Assembly (NCBI RefSeq): GCF_001194135.2
Contig: NC_069004.1
Coordinates: 19,263,393 to 19,327,392, forward strand
DNA length: 64,000 nt
Reading direction: 5' to 3'
From: Octopus bimaculoides
Lineage: Eukaryota
Shown here: positions 11,901 through 27,067 of the stretch, piece by piece
Position numbering within the stretch: the first letter of the stretch is position 1
Layout of the letters: each line of letters starts with the position of its first letter
The notes under the pieces: generated by a model
Databases searched by the model: none
Seen by the model: only the letters and a program-made list of their open reading frames with translations
What the model was told of the DNA's origin: nothing
Position numbers and translations under genes: made by a program

Positions 11901-14900
11901 AGATGGAAGAGCATTGTAGAAAATGAAAGACAGTATATTTTAGATTAAAAAAGAACTTGGTTTATCTTAATTTTGAAATATAAAAGAAGTATAATAAAAA
12001 CCGCATTATTTATGGGATGACCCCAATATATATATATATATATATATACACTGGAGTAAGCACATAAAATGTGCAACAAGGTGGAAAAAAGAGTACTCAA
12101 ATACCAAAGGTAGAGTAATATGCTTTATTTAAAAGCAACAGTTATATTTCTGCTGCTTTTAAATAAAGTATATATATATATATATATATATACAATATTT
12201 TATGTTCAAATCCCACCTATAAAATCAAATACTAGGGACAATACAATCAATAATTTCAAACTTTCTTTTCTACATAGGAAACAGTTATTATTTATTATTA
12301 TTATTATTATTATTATGATTAACATCCATTGTCCATGCTGGCATGGGTTGGACTATATATATATACACACACACACACACACATATATAATATATACGAT
12401 GAGAATAGAGGGATAAATCATCCAGGCAGGTACCATACGAGCAATCAGGTATAGTCTGGGTTCAGGCCAACTGCACCAGGTAGTAATGAGCACCTAAGAT
12501 TACCTGGGGCAAGCAATACCACTGTATTTCATCCAATGAGTGAATCCAGGCTGTTCCGTTGATCGGATCAACTGGAACCCTCGACGTCGTAAGCGACGGA
12601 GTGCCAACAACAACAACAACATGTATTGCTATGATTTATAAAAAAGATATTTTAATGCATGGCTGCAGTCCATTGACTGAAAAGAATAGGTGTGGTCAGT
12701 TTATTTATAATCTAAATTCAATCCTGGTCTGCAATACTTCACTAATGTACTTACCATCTATCCGTTTCACTAATTCTTTCAAAGCATTCACTTTCATCTG
12801 AATACCAGGTTGAGCAAATGTGTAGTTGTCTTGGATACCATCCAGTAATCTCGTTGTACACCAGAAACTGTCGGCTTCGATGATGTTTAATGTGTCAGCT
12901 GAGAGCTTGCTTAAGTCACAGTTCTCCACTTCTATATCTGAGGAAGAAAACAGAAATAATACTACCAATTTGCAGGGTCAAAGACCAGGTTGCAGTTGTG
13001 TGCCAAAATTTTAACACCCCATGAAATAAATTTGAAGTGAATTAAAACAACTTTGTGATTTATTACTAATTCATTCATCTACCATGTAGTTGCTTCAGTG
13101 TAAAAACACAAACTCAGACAAATCATTGGCTAAACAAGTACAATTACACACACAATGAGTTCTTTCAGTTTCCATCAACCAAATCCATTCACAAAGCTTT
13201 GCTCAGCTTGGGGTTATAGTAGAACACCTGCCCAAGGTGCCACACAGTGGGACTGATTGTGATGATAGGTATGCTTAATCAGCTGTGCAATATAGTAGTA
13301 ATATAGGTCAGTTAAACAATTTGTCTATCTATATCAAATATCAATCTACCATCACACAGTTATAATCAAATTGGTGAAATGCAATGTAAAAGGTGTCTTT
13401 TGTCACATAGCACCATCTGGTTCATGGGTACATTATTCAACTATTATTGCTCTGTAGATTGTAACATCAGTGACTAGGTTGTAAATGTACATAACAAGTG
13501 ACTTTGATACTTAATAACACATCATTGTAAAATAAAATAATAATTTCCAGTACTAACACAACCACAAACAATTTGTGTGTGTGTGTGTGTGTGTATAGGG
13601 GGGGTTATAATTAACTAGGTGACAAAAGATTCTTTTACATTGCATCTAACCAATTTGATTATAACTGTATGATGGTAGATTGATATTTAATATAGATAAA
13701 TGTCAGTAAAAATATTTATTAACCATGCATGTACCTTCATAAACTGTTCAAAGTAAATTTTTTTTTTTTGAAGTCCATGTTGCNNNNNNNNNNCAATTGT
13801 CTTCCACGCACACACACAGTTCCTTTTTTTTTTTTGAAGTCTATGTAGCATTGTGTTCACAGATTTGCACTTAAATTTGCATGTTTTTAATCAAAACCTG
13901 TTAGTTACTAAGCCAGCAACACCACCTATTCATCTTTCACATTCTCTCTCTCTCTTTATCAACAACTTTTTCTCCTCCCCTTCTCCCCTCTCTCTGTACA
14001 GATGTTGTTATGGGCAAAATGATGAAAATCAGCTTCCCTTTTATAATATAAGATTGAATCAGCCTCTCTGCTTGATTAGTATTTTATTTTTATCAACACT
14101 TACTGTCAACATTGTACTCAGAAGTTAGACCAGTGGTTCCCAAACCATGCACTGCAAGATGTGACTAGGTGCGCCTCGAAAAAGTACGATTATATTTCAA
14201 AAATATGAAAAATACAAACCATTGTTCACTAGAAAGTTCATATATAAATGTCTAAGAGGCAAAAAACTAAATACTAAGTTCTAACCTAAGAATGAGAGGC
14301 AGTTGTGTCATTCAATTCATTTAGGCTAATTATGGTATGACAGTGTTATTCAATTTTGAATCTGAAATTTCATAAAGATAAGAAATAAATTGGCATCAAT
14401 CTATCCTTGAAATTATCATCTTATGAACATATTCAGTGCACGACTATGTTTTAGTTTATTTCGGTTGCAGCCTCAGCAGTTTTCTACGATGTTGAGTTAA
14501 ATCTTTTAATACGTCCTCACATATTGCGACTGAATTTCAATGTTTTTCATTCATATAATGGCAAGAATGTTCGTCTTTTCAATGAATTTTGAAAGGCTTC
14601 TCAAATGAGTCCAATAATATGTAACATGCTGCCACTTTTCACAACTCCCTGGTCACTTGTCTCAGTTTGACTGTTAGTAATCTGTGTTCTTTGTGCAAGA
14701 GGATTCATTATTAACAGACTAAATTACCCATAAAATGGATAAGTTTGTAAAGAGAAGACGAGATACAGTTTGGGTTTGTGCCAGGGAAAAGCACCACTGA
14801 TGCTATATTTCTGGTAAGACAGCTGCAGGAGAAATACCTAGCCAAAGATAAACCTCTGTACCTGGCTTTCGTTGACATGGAGAAAGTCTTTGACAGGATC

Positions 14901-17340
14901 TCCTGTCAACTAGGGATAGATGAGTGGTTAGTGAGAGCTGTACAAGCCATGTACAGAGATGCTGTCAGTAAGGTGAGGATTGGCAACGAGCATAGTGAAA
15001 AATTCTGGGTAGGGGTCCACCAACGATCAGTCCTCAGCCCCCTTTTATTCATCATAGTCCTCCAGGCCATAACAGAGGAATTCAAACAGGATGTCCCTGG
15101 GAGCTTCTCTATGCTGATGACCTTGCTCTAATAACTGAGTCACTATCAGAACTAGAGAGGTTTCAGGTGTGGAAGCAAGGTCTAGAGTCTAAGGGCCTTA
15201 GAGGCAATCTAACAAAAACCAAAGTCTTAATAAGTAGGAAGGCAGACAAATCACAAATCCCTTCAGGTAGATGGCCCTGCTCAATCTGTAGAAAAGGCGT
15301 TGGTATAAACTCCATAAAATGTACCTGGTTTAAGCTAATTAAGCTATATAATCAAAGCCTTACGAGTGAATTTGGGAGATAAAAACTGTGAGAAGCCTGT
15401 TGTGTGTGTATGAGAGAGAGAGAGGTCATGGCTTCATCTTTCCATGTTCACTTTAGCCTACAAAGACATAAAACCACTTCAGAATCATCCAGACCAACTA
15501 TAAAAGCATTTACCAACCCCTGCTTTGGGGTATAAAGAAAATGCTGCAAGTAAGAAACACCAGCCCGTTCTACAAAACAACTCTATAACAAATACATTAA
15601 CCCTTTAGCATCCAGATTTTTCTGTCAAATACAATGCTTATTTATTTACGTTGTTTTGAATTAATCATGCATTACCTTTTTGTATTGAGATTTCAATGAT
15701 GTGCTTGTTTATATTTAGTATGACATTGTAGGGTAGGTGTGAGAGGCTGAGTATGACCAGTCTATACATAAAACAGGTATATTTGGACCAGATATGGCTG
15801 GTTTATATGCTAAAGGGTTAAAAAAAAAAAAGTGACTGATACTCGACCGACATCAGTGAAACCAGAAAAGTGGGCAATACATACCATTGCTAATGTACTC
15901 AGAAAGATAGACAACAAAAAACGGCGTTACAAGATCATTAATTCCTTGTACATAGCCACTGGCTGGATGGCGGATGGCCCATATAAACAGGATTCTTTCA
16001 AATATCTAAAAGAATGAAGAAAAAAAAAAAAGAAATTTTAGCATGTTTAAAAAAAATAACCAAAATAATAATTTTCCATATAGATACAAAGGCATCAATT
16101 TTGAAGGGAAGTGGGTAAGTCACTACTGGGGATCCCAGTACAGGACTGGTATTTCATTTTATCAATCTTAGAAGCAAAGGTGACCATGGCAGAATTTGAA
16201 TTTAAAATGTAAAGTCCTAGAATGTATTTTTTTCTGATACTCTTCTGATTCTGCCAATTCATTGCCCTAATAATAACGAGGTCATTTGCCACGAGGGCAA
16301 ATGATGAAAGGGACAATACACAAACAGGCATAAAGTTTACATAAAATCATCTGAATTAAAATAAAACATAAGAATACATGGTAAATGACATTAAAAAAGA
16401 TGAAGAAACTGCAATCCTCCAAATACAGGAGGACATCTAGGATCAATCGAGAAATCACATCATTAAACATTTTCCCCAAACACTAAGAACGATTGCCCTC
16501 TCCACTTGTTGTGCTCCAATTTACAGGCATGGTCTGATCCACTACCCTCATCCGCCTCTCAATAAATATTAGCAGTCTGCACCTCCCTCCCCACCTTCAC
16601 CTTCCTTTTCAAGTGAAACTTTAAAAAAACCCAACCATAGATAGAGAATTTTTTTTTTTTCAACCAATCAAAAATATTCTGTGGGGGTTGCATAACTTGC
16701 TAGAAAATGTAACCAAATCTGCAAATCACACCATCTTCAAAAAGTGAAGGATACACTAGATTATTTAACCTTAAAATATACAAGAGAGTCACTAAAGAAA
16801 TTCCTTTGATCTTAGTTCTTCTTAATTAGCACTGGTCCTGGAGCTAAACGCTAACTAATTGGTGGAGCAGAATGAATCTTTCTACAAACTCCAAGTATCT
16901 TAGCATCTTAGTTCTGGCTCTCCATGTTTTTAGAGCTTACAAGTTAAACTAAAAGAAGAGACAAGTCTTCACACAGGACAGGATTACAATCTACCATTAA
17001 ATAATACTGGCCATAACTTCACCCCTCACACTTGGCAACATAATAAGGATAATACTCAGTTTTGTATGTATGTGTCAATTAGATCATTATTACCCTCATT
17101 TTAACATTCATTTTTGCATGCTGGCACAGGTCAGACAAATTTCACTGCAACAGAGTTTCTGCCACTGAATGCTCTTCCTGTCAGCTCTCACCCGTTTCCA
17201 AGCAAGTTAATACTTCCTCTCCCACCAAGTCCTTTCAATACAAACAGCTCAATGGCCAGGCTAGGTTCAAGGAAAATTGCAAACAAATGACACCATCTTT
17301 GTATGAACAGTAACTGTTCATACAATCAGTGCATTATGCC

Positions 17341-17402
<62 letters not shown>

Positions 17403-17522
17403 NNNNNNNNNNTGGGGATATTTCAGTTTCTATCTTAGATGAACAATAACCACTGTTAGCTGCAGGAGTTTCAAACAGGCCAGTTACTGAGTCACTGCAG
17501 TTCTTAAAGTGAATGCGACAAG

Positions 17523-17556
<34 letters not shown>

Positions 17557-17936
17557 ATGCGTGCTTGCGCAGCACACAGTTTTAACAGTGGACAGGTCAG
17601 TTTCAAAGCAGCAAAAATATTTTGACACGAATTTAAATGTTGGAGTGAATTTAACGTTTTTTTTTTTTTTGTGTGTGTGTATGTGTTCTTAAGTGGCTTA
17701 TAAACATCTTCCATGCTGCAACTGTATATATATTNNNNNNNNNNTACTTGCATAGCGGGTGTCCTGGTCTGAGGTCGTATGCTGGAGCGAAAACAATTGC
17801 TGCATGGAAGGTGTTTATAAACCATTCAAGAAACACACAAGAACCGTTAGATTCACTTCAGCATTTAAATTTAAATTTACCAAAATATTTTCATCACTTT
17901 GAGACCGCAACCTGTTCACTGACAAAATTCTGTGCT

Positions 17937-17974
<38 letters not shown>

Positions 17975-19082
17975 ACATATACATATGTATACATACACAC
18001 ATATATATACATATATGTGCATATATACACATATACATATATATACATACACATATATACACACACATATACACATACACACATATATAAATAACTGCTG
18101 TGTGCACGTGTATATTTTCCATTGGTGCAAGAAAACTGAAAAACCACTGCTTTGCAAACAAAATGTTTTGACATATTTGTTCTGCATTGAGTTACAAACA
18201 CTCCCTTGTCACTTTTACTCTAGGAACTGCAGTGAACTACTAACTGGTCCACTGGAAATTCCTGTAACCAACCAACTATTGTTCATCTAGATAGAAACTG
18301 AAAGAAGCCCATTATATATANNNNNNNNNNNNNNNNNNNNNNNNNNNNNNNNNNNNNNNNNNNNNNNNNNNNNNNNNNNATATATATATATATATATATA
18401 GATATATATGAGGATGAAGGGTCCTTCCTGAGCTACAGGCTCATAAGACTGGTTTCCCAGATCTGGTAGCATATATATTTACCCCTGGATAGGATGCTGT
18501 TCCATTACAGGATTACTCATTTTTAGTCAGCTGAGGGGACTGGAGCAACATGAAATGAAGTATTTTGCTCAAGGATACAATGCATTGCCAGGTCCAGGAA
18601 TCGAAACTACAATCTTATGATCATGAGTGCAACACCCTAACGACTAGGCTACACAAACACACGTAATTATATAAAGAGGGTAAAAAAAGTTGTAACATCA
18701 CCTGCAGGATTCAAACATTGCATCAGTTGTAAAATGTATAGTTGTACTAATCACTACAAAAACACTACATACACACACACACACACACACAATCATCATC
18801 ATTGGTGTTTAACATCTGTTTTTCCATGCTTGCATGGGTTAGACAGGTCTTCTTCAGCAAAACATCTCAACACTTGTGGCGCTTTTGTCATCTCCTTCAT
18901 GAGGGTCAACAGTACCCTAAGATCACATCTAATCACCTCCTCTTGGTCTTCTTTCTACTTGGACCATTTGACCATTCTTTACCCAACTGCCATACTCCAT
19001 AAGCAATACATATCCACACCAGCAAAATCTCTTCTCTTGCACACCACAGACAATTCCTCTTACATCCAGTTTGCTCTCTCTC

Positions 19083-19113
<31 letters not shown>

Positions 19114-22100
19114 ATACTTGTGAAGAATCACTTATTCAAAAATGCTAAAATACTTCTCAGTGTTAATACTGCCTCGATCATTAATATATATATATTTTGA
19201 CAAGCACACTGGCTAATTGCAACACCAGTGCCTATTCTAGCACTGACATTCTTTATATCGCTGGCAGGGAGATGAGTCACTACTATCTCCAGTCGTCAAA
19301 CATCCATCATTGATGAAACCAAAGACGGTCAGAATCCTGTAATCTGATGGTCTCTGGGGGGTGGCAAGGATTAATCTCCCCACTAGTGAGATAAACAAGA
19401 GTGCATCTGACACTAAAAGCCAATATGAGAGGTTCTCTCATGGTATCTACCTGCAGTATAGTTTGTTCTAACAGAACATCCATATTTAAGTGGGGGATAA
19501 AAATTACCTCTTGCTAAACTGATAATTATAATGATGATAATGTCCCTGCACTGCAGGCTGCAGCTGCCTGGGTCACGCATTCATGCCCCAGTTACACTTA
19601 CATGCAACCTACTTTGCTGCATGAAGTCATCTACTGCCACCTGCTTCTGCATCTACCCTTCAATGCCTAACTCCGCACAATGGTTATAATGCTTCCTTTT
19701 ACCTTGCTGGTGTGTCAGAGCCAACTGCAAACGTACATCATCTGCATTTTATACCCATGTTATGCTAATGTAGAATATCACACGTGCACATGCATTCTAT
19801 GAGCAGCAGTTAGTTTATTCAGAGAAAGATGGAATCTCTGCAAGTCGGGTTAAGGGCTCATAGAACATTTTCAAATGCATCCCTATTTTAGCAATCATGT
19901 TTTCGGGACACTTATTTCCATTGCTGAACATACATATTTACATGATGGGCTTCTTCAAGGTTTCAATTAAATTTCTATTCATGATGCATTTGGTTAACCT
20001 AAGGCTACAACAAAGAACAGTAGCTCAAAGAGCCATGCAGCATGAATCAAATCTAGAACCACACGGCTGCAAAGCAAAACTTCTTAATCACAGAACCATA
20101 CCTGCAATATATTTTCATGCATTCAGACATTATGCTTTTAAGCTTCAAAGTTAGGGGCAGGTTTCTAGACTAATTTAAAACAAAGGAAGTTAGTAAAATT
20201 ATATACATATTTATATGTAATTCCATGATGCATTTCAGCTTAACCAAGATTTAGGTTAGGTTAATCGCAGGAAGGACACCCACCCACCCCACCTCCACAA
20301 AACAAGGATGCTGAAACCATGCAGTTATTTCAACCAAATAAACATGCATCCACGTGAGGCTTTACAACTGTCTAAAAAAAAACAAAAAAAATTTCCAACA
20401 AGATTCAAGACTCAGTCTCCAACCGTTTCCTTTCCAACAATCATAAACATTGGTTTCTTATTTTACCACAAAGACTATTTCGTCTAATTCGTTTAGCCTT
20501 TTCAGGCAAAACTGACTGAGACCGCTCTTCATAGTATGACGCTATTTTCCTGTTTTAAAATTATTTAAATCAAAACTTCCCATTGAAATTTCATGTTAAT
20601 TTATGGTCCAAACCATGGCTTAATAATGACACAGTTATTTTACCAAATTCTTCATCGTGTTTTCAAAATTAATTGAAACAAAGACAATGCATTTCAACAG
20701 AAATATGACAATAAAAAGATTAAACAGACAAGAATTCAAAATGATGCCTTTGTTACCTATTTATCAAACTACAAATGACAGCTAAGTCCCTGAGCACTAA
20801 ATAGTTGTGATTAATGAATCTGGAAAGGTTTTTAACTCAGAAACATTATGTATAAAACTGGAAACCACAGAACATTTCATCTTGATCACACTGTTCCTAC
20901 TATTCTTACAAAGAAACAAAGTCTTTCATTTATTGTTTATGGACATAATTGACTGTCCCTCAGTATATTACAGGTATCTAAGAGAAAAATGAAAGGCGGA
21001 AAGAAACGAGTTGGTATCAAGATTTAATAATAATGGTTTCAAATTTTGGCACAAGGCCAACAATTTTGGGGAAGTGGCTAAGTTGATTACATCAACCCCA
21101 GTGCTCAACTGGTACTTATTTTATTGGCCTCAAAAGGATGAAAGGTAAAGTTGATCATGGCCACATTTGAACTCAGAATGTTCAGAGTCAGAAGAAATGC
21201 AGCTAAGCATTTTTTTCCCCCGGAATGCTAACAATTCTGCTAGCTCGTTGCCTTAATAATAATAAAAATAATCCTTACTGCTAAAGGCACAAGGCTCGAA
21301 ATTTTGGAGGAGGGGACTAGTCGATTACATTGACCCCACTGGTACCTAATTTATCGACCCCAAAAGGATGAAAGGCAAAGTCAACCAAGGAATATAAACT
21401 CAGAACATGAAGACAAACAAAATGCTGCTAAGCCTTTTGCCCAGCATGGTAACATTTCTGCCAGCTCACTGCGTTAAATAATAACAATGATAATAATAAT
21501 AATAATAGCTGAAACAGAGCCAGGGCATGTTTCTGATTGGCAAATGATCTTTCCAGAATACAACATTGGTTTCATCACAGTTCCACACAAGGTTGAGGTA
21601 GAGAGATGCAATCTGGTACTGAAGATTAGCCACAAGGATTTAGCTCTCATGTTTTACACTGATTAAAGGCTTATGGGTTGTATTGTGTTAATGGAGATCC
21701 TAAAATCTCTCGGAGCCAATCCTTTCAGCTGTGAGGAAAGGTGATACAATTCACCATTGTCGTCAGAGGATGCAAGATATGATTAGCAACCATTTTCTAA
21801 TTGGTCACAACTGTCACTATCATTGTCACCACCACCACCACCATCACCACCATCACATGATCAGGAAAGAAGCACTGAAAAGTTACACCCTTCTATCTAA
21901 CCTATAAGAATGGATACCTCTATCCCACCACTCTCCTCCAATTATGGTAAAAGGAAATAGTTACCCACTGTTAATTAACACATGAAAATAGGGAAAATAA
22001 AACAAATCAGCCTAATTACCTTACTATGAGACATTTTCTTTCCTTTTATTTTATTTTTTGCTAACATATTTGATGACAATAAAAAAAAATTTACGTTAAA

Positions 22101-25100
22101 GCAAAATATATAAATATGAATAGTAATAGGATTTCAAAGCTTCTTTTGTGTAAAACAATACAATGAAGAATTCTTTAACTTACCTGCCAGAAGTTATTGT
22201 GAAAAAAGATGATTAAACAAACAAAACTGGTTGACATATTAGATAAATATTTTGGCACAAGGCCAGCAATTTCGAGGGCAGATGTGTAAGTCAATTACAT
22301 CAAACTCCCCAGTGCTCAACTGGTGCTTATTTTATCAATCCCACAAAGGTGAAAGGAAAAGTCAACCTCAGTGCAATTTGAACTCAGGACACAAAGGCAG
22401 ACAAATTGCTTAGCAGCATCTTGTCCAGCATGCTAATGATTCTTATTTCTTTATTGCTCAGAAGGGGCTAAACATAGAGGGGACAAACAAGGACAGACAA
22501 AGGGATTAAGTTGATTAGATCGACCCCAGTGCGTAACTGGTACTTAATTTATCGACCCTGAAAGGATGAAAGGCAAAGTCGACCTCAGCAAAATTTGAAC
22601 TCAGAATGTAATGGCAGACGAAATACCGCTAAGCATTTTACCCGGGGTGCTAACGTTTCTGCCAGCTCGCCGCCTTAGACTGGATAAATATATTGAATGA
22701 TCATATGAAATAGGTTAAAAGCCAAATAACATTGGTTTCAAATTTTGGCACAAGATCGGCAATTCCAGGCAAGGAATTTAGACGATTACATTAACCCCAG
22801 TGCTTGACCGGTAGTTGTTTTATCAAACTTGCAAGGATGAAAGGCAAAGTTGACCTTGGTGGAATTTGAACTCAAAATGTATAAAGACAGACAAAATACT
22901 GCTAAGCATTTTGCTTGGTGCTTTAATGATTCTTATTTCTTTATTGCCCACAAGGGGCTTAAACATAGAGGGGACAAACAAGGATAGACAAAGGGATTAA
23001 GTCGATTACATCGACCGCAGTGCATGACTGGTACTTAGTTTATCGACCCCAAAAGGATGAAAGGCAAAGTTGACCTCGGCGGAATTTGAACTGAGAACGT
23101 AAAGACAGACGAAGTACTGCTAAGCATTTCGCCCAGCGTGCTAACGATTCTGCCAGCTCGTCGCCTGGTGTTTTAATGATTCTGCCAGCTCACCACCTTA
23201 GATTAGATAAGTATGTTGATAGAATGAATGAAATAGATTAATTAAAAGCCAAGTAATATTGAGACAGAAGGAGTCTAAGTAGGAGAGAGAAAGGAAATAG
23301 TGCAAAGAGTATAGAAAACAGAACTAATTGTAACACTGACCCTGATGCCATTCTAAAGGAATCAATTTTGTAATCTAAGCCAATAACAGGTTCATATATT
23401 ATCTCTATTCAAAAAAGGACAAATTTTCAAAATGTTAGACTCTTTCACTACTCCCAAGAAGTCAACTTGTTGAATTCTTCTACAAACTCCCTCATCACTC
23501 TTAAACAGCAAACATCATCGATTGTTGCTTCATTATAGAACACTGGATACCATTAACACTGATATATATTTGTACAATGCAGGAGTTTCAAATGAATTTT
23601 ATGCTCAATACCAGATGCAAAGGAAAGTGTATATTTTACAGCACTTTTCAATGAGATTGTCAATTTTATTGTGCAAGAGACTAACAATTTATCATCATCA
23701 TTTAACGTCCATTTTCCATGCTGGCATGGGTTGAACAGTTTGACTGAGGTCAGCCAAGTCAGAAGGCTGCACCAGGCTCCAATCTGATCTGGCAAGGTTT
23801 CTACAGTTGGACGCCCTTCCTAATGCCAACTACTCCAAGTTTGTAGTGGGTGCTTTTATGTGCCACCAGCACGGGAGCCAATCAGGCGGCACTAACATCA
23901 ACCACATCCAGGTGATGCTTTTTATGTGCCACAGGCACAGGAGCCAGTAAGGGGGGGCTGGCATTGACCACATTCCGATGGTGCATATTACGTGCCACTG
24001 ACAGATTTTTTGGGGTCTTTTTTTTGCTTGCTTAGGGTTTTTTTTTTTTTGCCTACTTACACATTCATGCATCCCCTTCCTTCTGTTTAAAGGCTAAATA
24101 CTGTCAGAAATGGAATAAAACATGGCAGTTGAGACAATGAAAGAGCCTCTGCAGGGCCATTCAACAAGCTAGGAATAACAACTAAATTTCTCTCAACTAG
24201 CTTTAAATAGCTTTAAAAAGGACACAGTGGACAATCTAATCATAGGAACAATAGCTGGAACAATAAGGATGGTCATGGCTGGAATGCCTTCAAATGTTAA
24301 TCAAAATAATTTCATTTCAGCCTAATTTAATTACTAGAAATAACTCAATAATTCATCATCGATACAATTGACATCAGTTTTTGAGGGCTTCAAGTGGCTT
24401 TTGCACAGGTTTGCTCTTACAGAACAAGCGTCCACTTTGTAGGCACTGATGTTACTTTTGCCAGTGTTTCTAGCTAGACTGCTTTGACTGAGGACAAAAC
24501 CAGAAACTCTTCCTTTTATCAGCCACAGTGACAGACTGGTGTATGTGTGTGTGTGTGTGTGTCCAAGAAATATTCTTACCAGACTTTGTGGCCTGAAGTC
24601 TCAGCGACTGTAGTCATATAATCAAAAGACTGGCCTTTCTTTAGATCCTTTTATAGACTCAGTTGCTTGTTCTTAACATTAACCATTCAGCCATGAAGCG
24701 AGAGTGACTCCCTATATTTAAACTAGGTTAGACAAAGAATAAGTAACTTGTCAGAAACTACAAGGTAATGCAAAATGAGATTTAACCATTTGGCATTTAA
24801 ACCAGCCATATCCAGTCCAAATGTTCAATCTGTCTTATGTTCAAACCAGCCAGATCTGGCCTCTCACACATCATCAATATCTCAAAGCTAAGAAATAAGA
24901 CAGGATTAATTCAAAACCACATGAATAAACAAACATTACATTTGACAGGATAATCTGAACAATTAAACTTATGGTGATGATTATGGTTTCTTTTTTAATT
25001 ATAAAACTGTCCTTAAAAGAGATGATGCAATCAGAAAATAAAGAACATTGATTTTTAAAAAAATAAACAGCTAAGTTTCTTTCAGCTAAAATTCTCTTAA

Positions 25101-27030
25101 ATTAAGATGTTAAGAGAAATAAAGCGATAATGAAAGGTTTCCAATGATGATATATATATTGGCAGCATGNNNNNNNNNNNNNNNNNNNNNNNNNNNNNNN
25201 NNNNNNNNNNNNNNNNNNNNNNNNNNNNNNNNNNNNNNNNNNNNNNNNNNNNNNNNNNNNNNNNNNNNNNNNNNNNNNNNNNNNNNNNNNNNNNNNNNNN
25301 NNNNNNNNNNNNNNNNNNNNNNNNNNNNNNNNNNNNNNNNNNNNNNNNNNNNNNNNNNNNNNNNNNNNNNNNNNNTGGATGTGATGTCAAGTGAAAGAAA
25401 CAGTTAAGAAAATATTAAAAAAAAAAGTGAATAAGAGATGGCAGCTGTAAAGTTGACTAACTGATACTCACTTCCTGCACGGCATTCTGCTGGAACAAGT
25501 GTGCAACAGAAGTCATTCGAGGGATATCTTTAAGAATCTGCAAAAACAGGGAGCAGGGTGTTTTTGAAGAAGACAGTAATCTACTACTAACCATCAAAGA
25601 GCTACGGTGCTACACTCGTTGAGTAAGAGTGAAGTCAACATGGAAATGACAAACCAGACAATAACTTACAAAATTAGAAAATATTTTTGTTTTCATTTGT
25701 TTGGGAAAGAAAGGTTTGTTTGCTTGTTTTTTGTTTTTTAAGAATTTTTTTTTAAGAATTTTTTTTTATGAATATTTAAAAAAAAACAATTCATTCCTCA
25801 TTTGTATATCAACATAGGTTAAATAAATCTAAAAATCCAGACAACTGCACAAATTGCAGTGGATGCTTGCTCTTTGAAACCAGTAGCCACCAATAGAATT
25901 ATAGAGCATGACATGGAATGATGTACAAGCTGAAGAAGTATCAGCTTATTGAGTGATAACAATGTATTTTAAAAGTTTACATCAACAAATTTAAGGACCA
26001 ATTATTAGTCTTGACGAAGGATTAATTAATCATAAGCATATATAAATCACCAGTGCTAAACAGCTACATTTCCAGTATTATGCTAGCTGTAATAACATAC
26101 ATAAACTGTAAAATATTTACAGCTCTGTTAATTAATACTGAAAGATGGAAAGGTGTTACCAACAGTATCAGGGGTAACGGATAATTTTTTAAAACCAAAA
26201 TCTGATTGTAAGTTTAGACAAAGCCTGTCTGGTTTCTCGAAAATGTTAACTTTTCTCATATGGCCTGAAAAAAAAGACAAACACATTAGTTATTAAGAGA
26301 GAAGATACAACAAAGCCCCAGCAATGAAAAACAAAAATTAAAAAACAGAAAAAGCCAACAAAATACACCCAAATATAAATGTTAAATTGCACAGCCACCT
26401 TGATTCAAATGTAACATCTGAACTAGCAAGGGCAGGGTGCTAAGACATCCATAGTGCAGCATGCTGGGTAGGGATTAAGGGGCACAGTAGAAAAATATTT
26501 AGCTAGTTGGACAGCAAAATGCAGCAACTTGTGTCTTTCCCTTCAACCAAATTCTACCAAAGCAACATCTTAACAACTGGGTTTTCATTTATACACAGTT
26601 TCATATTAACTTGGAAAAAAAATACACATTAAAATTAAAAACTAAAATTAAACAGGAATTTAGTAGGTCAAAATTAATGTTTTTATCATTTTACTTAAAA
26701 TATTTTTGTAAGTGAATTTCCAGTGAATAGTTGTCACAACATCATTTAACATCCATTTTCCATGCTGGCATGTATTGGACAGTTTGACAGAAGCTGGCAG
26801 GCTAGAGAGCTGCACCAGGTCTCAGTCGTCCATTTTGGCATGGTTTCTACAGCTGGATGCCCTTCCTAACACCAATCACTTTACAGAGTGTGTTGCGTGC
26901 TTTATATGGCACTAGCATGGGTACTTTTTTATGTGATGCCAGCATGCAACACTTTAGTTAAAAATAAAAATGTTCTACAACTATTTTCAGTATAGCTAAT
27001 GTGGTACAAAATGACTAAGAGATATATTTT

Positions 27031-27067
<37 letters not shown>

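Noticed and set aside
15832-16017. 61-aa plus-strand ORF
   Set aside because: Antisense shadow of the YxQ exon.
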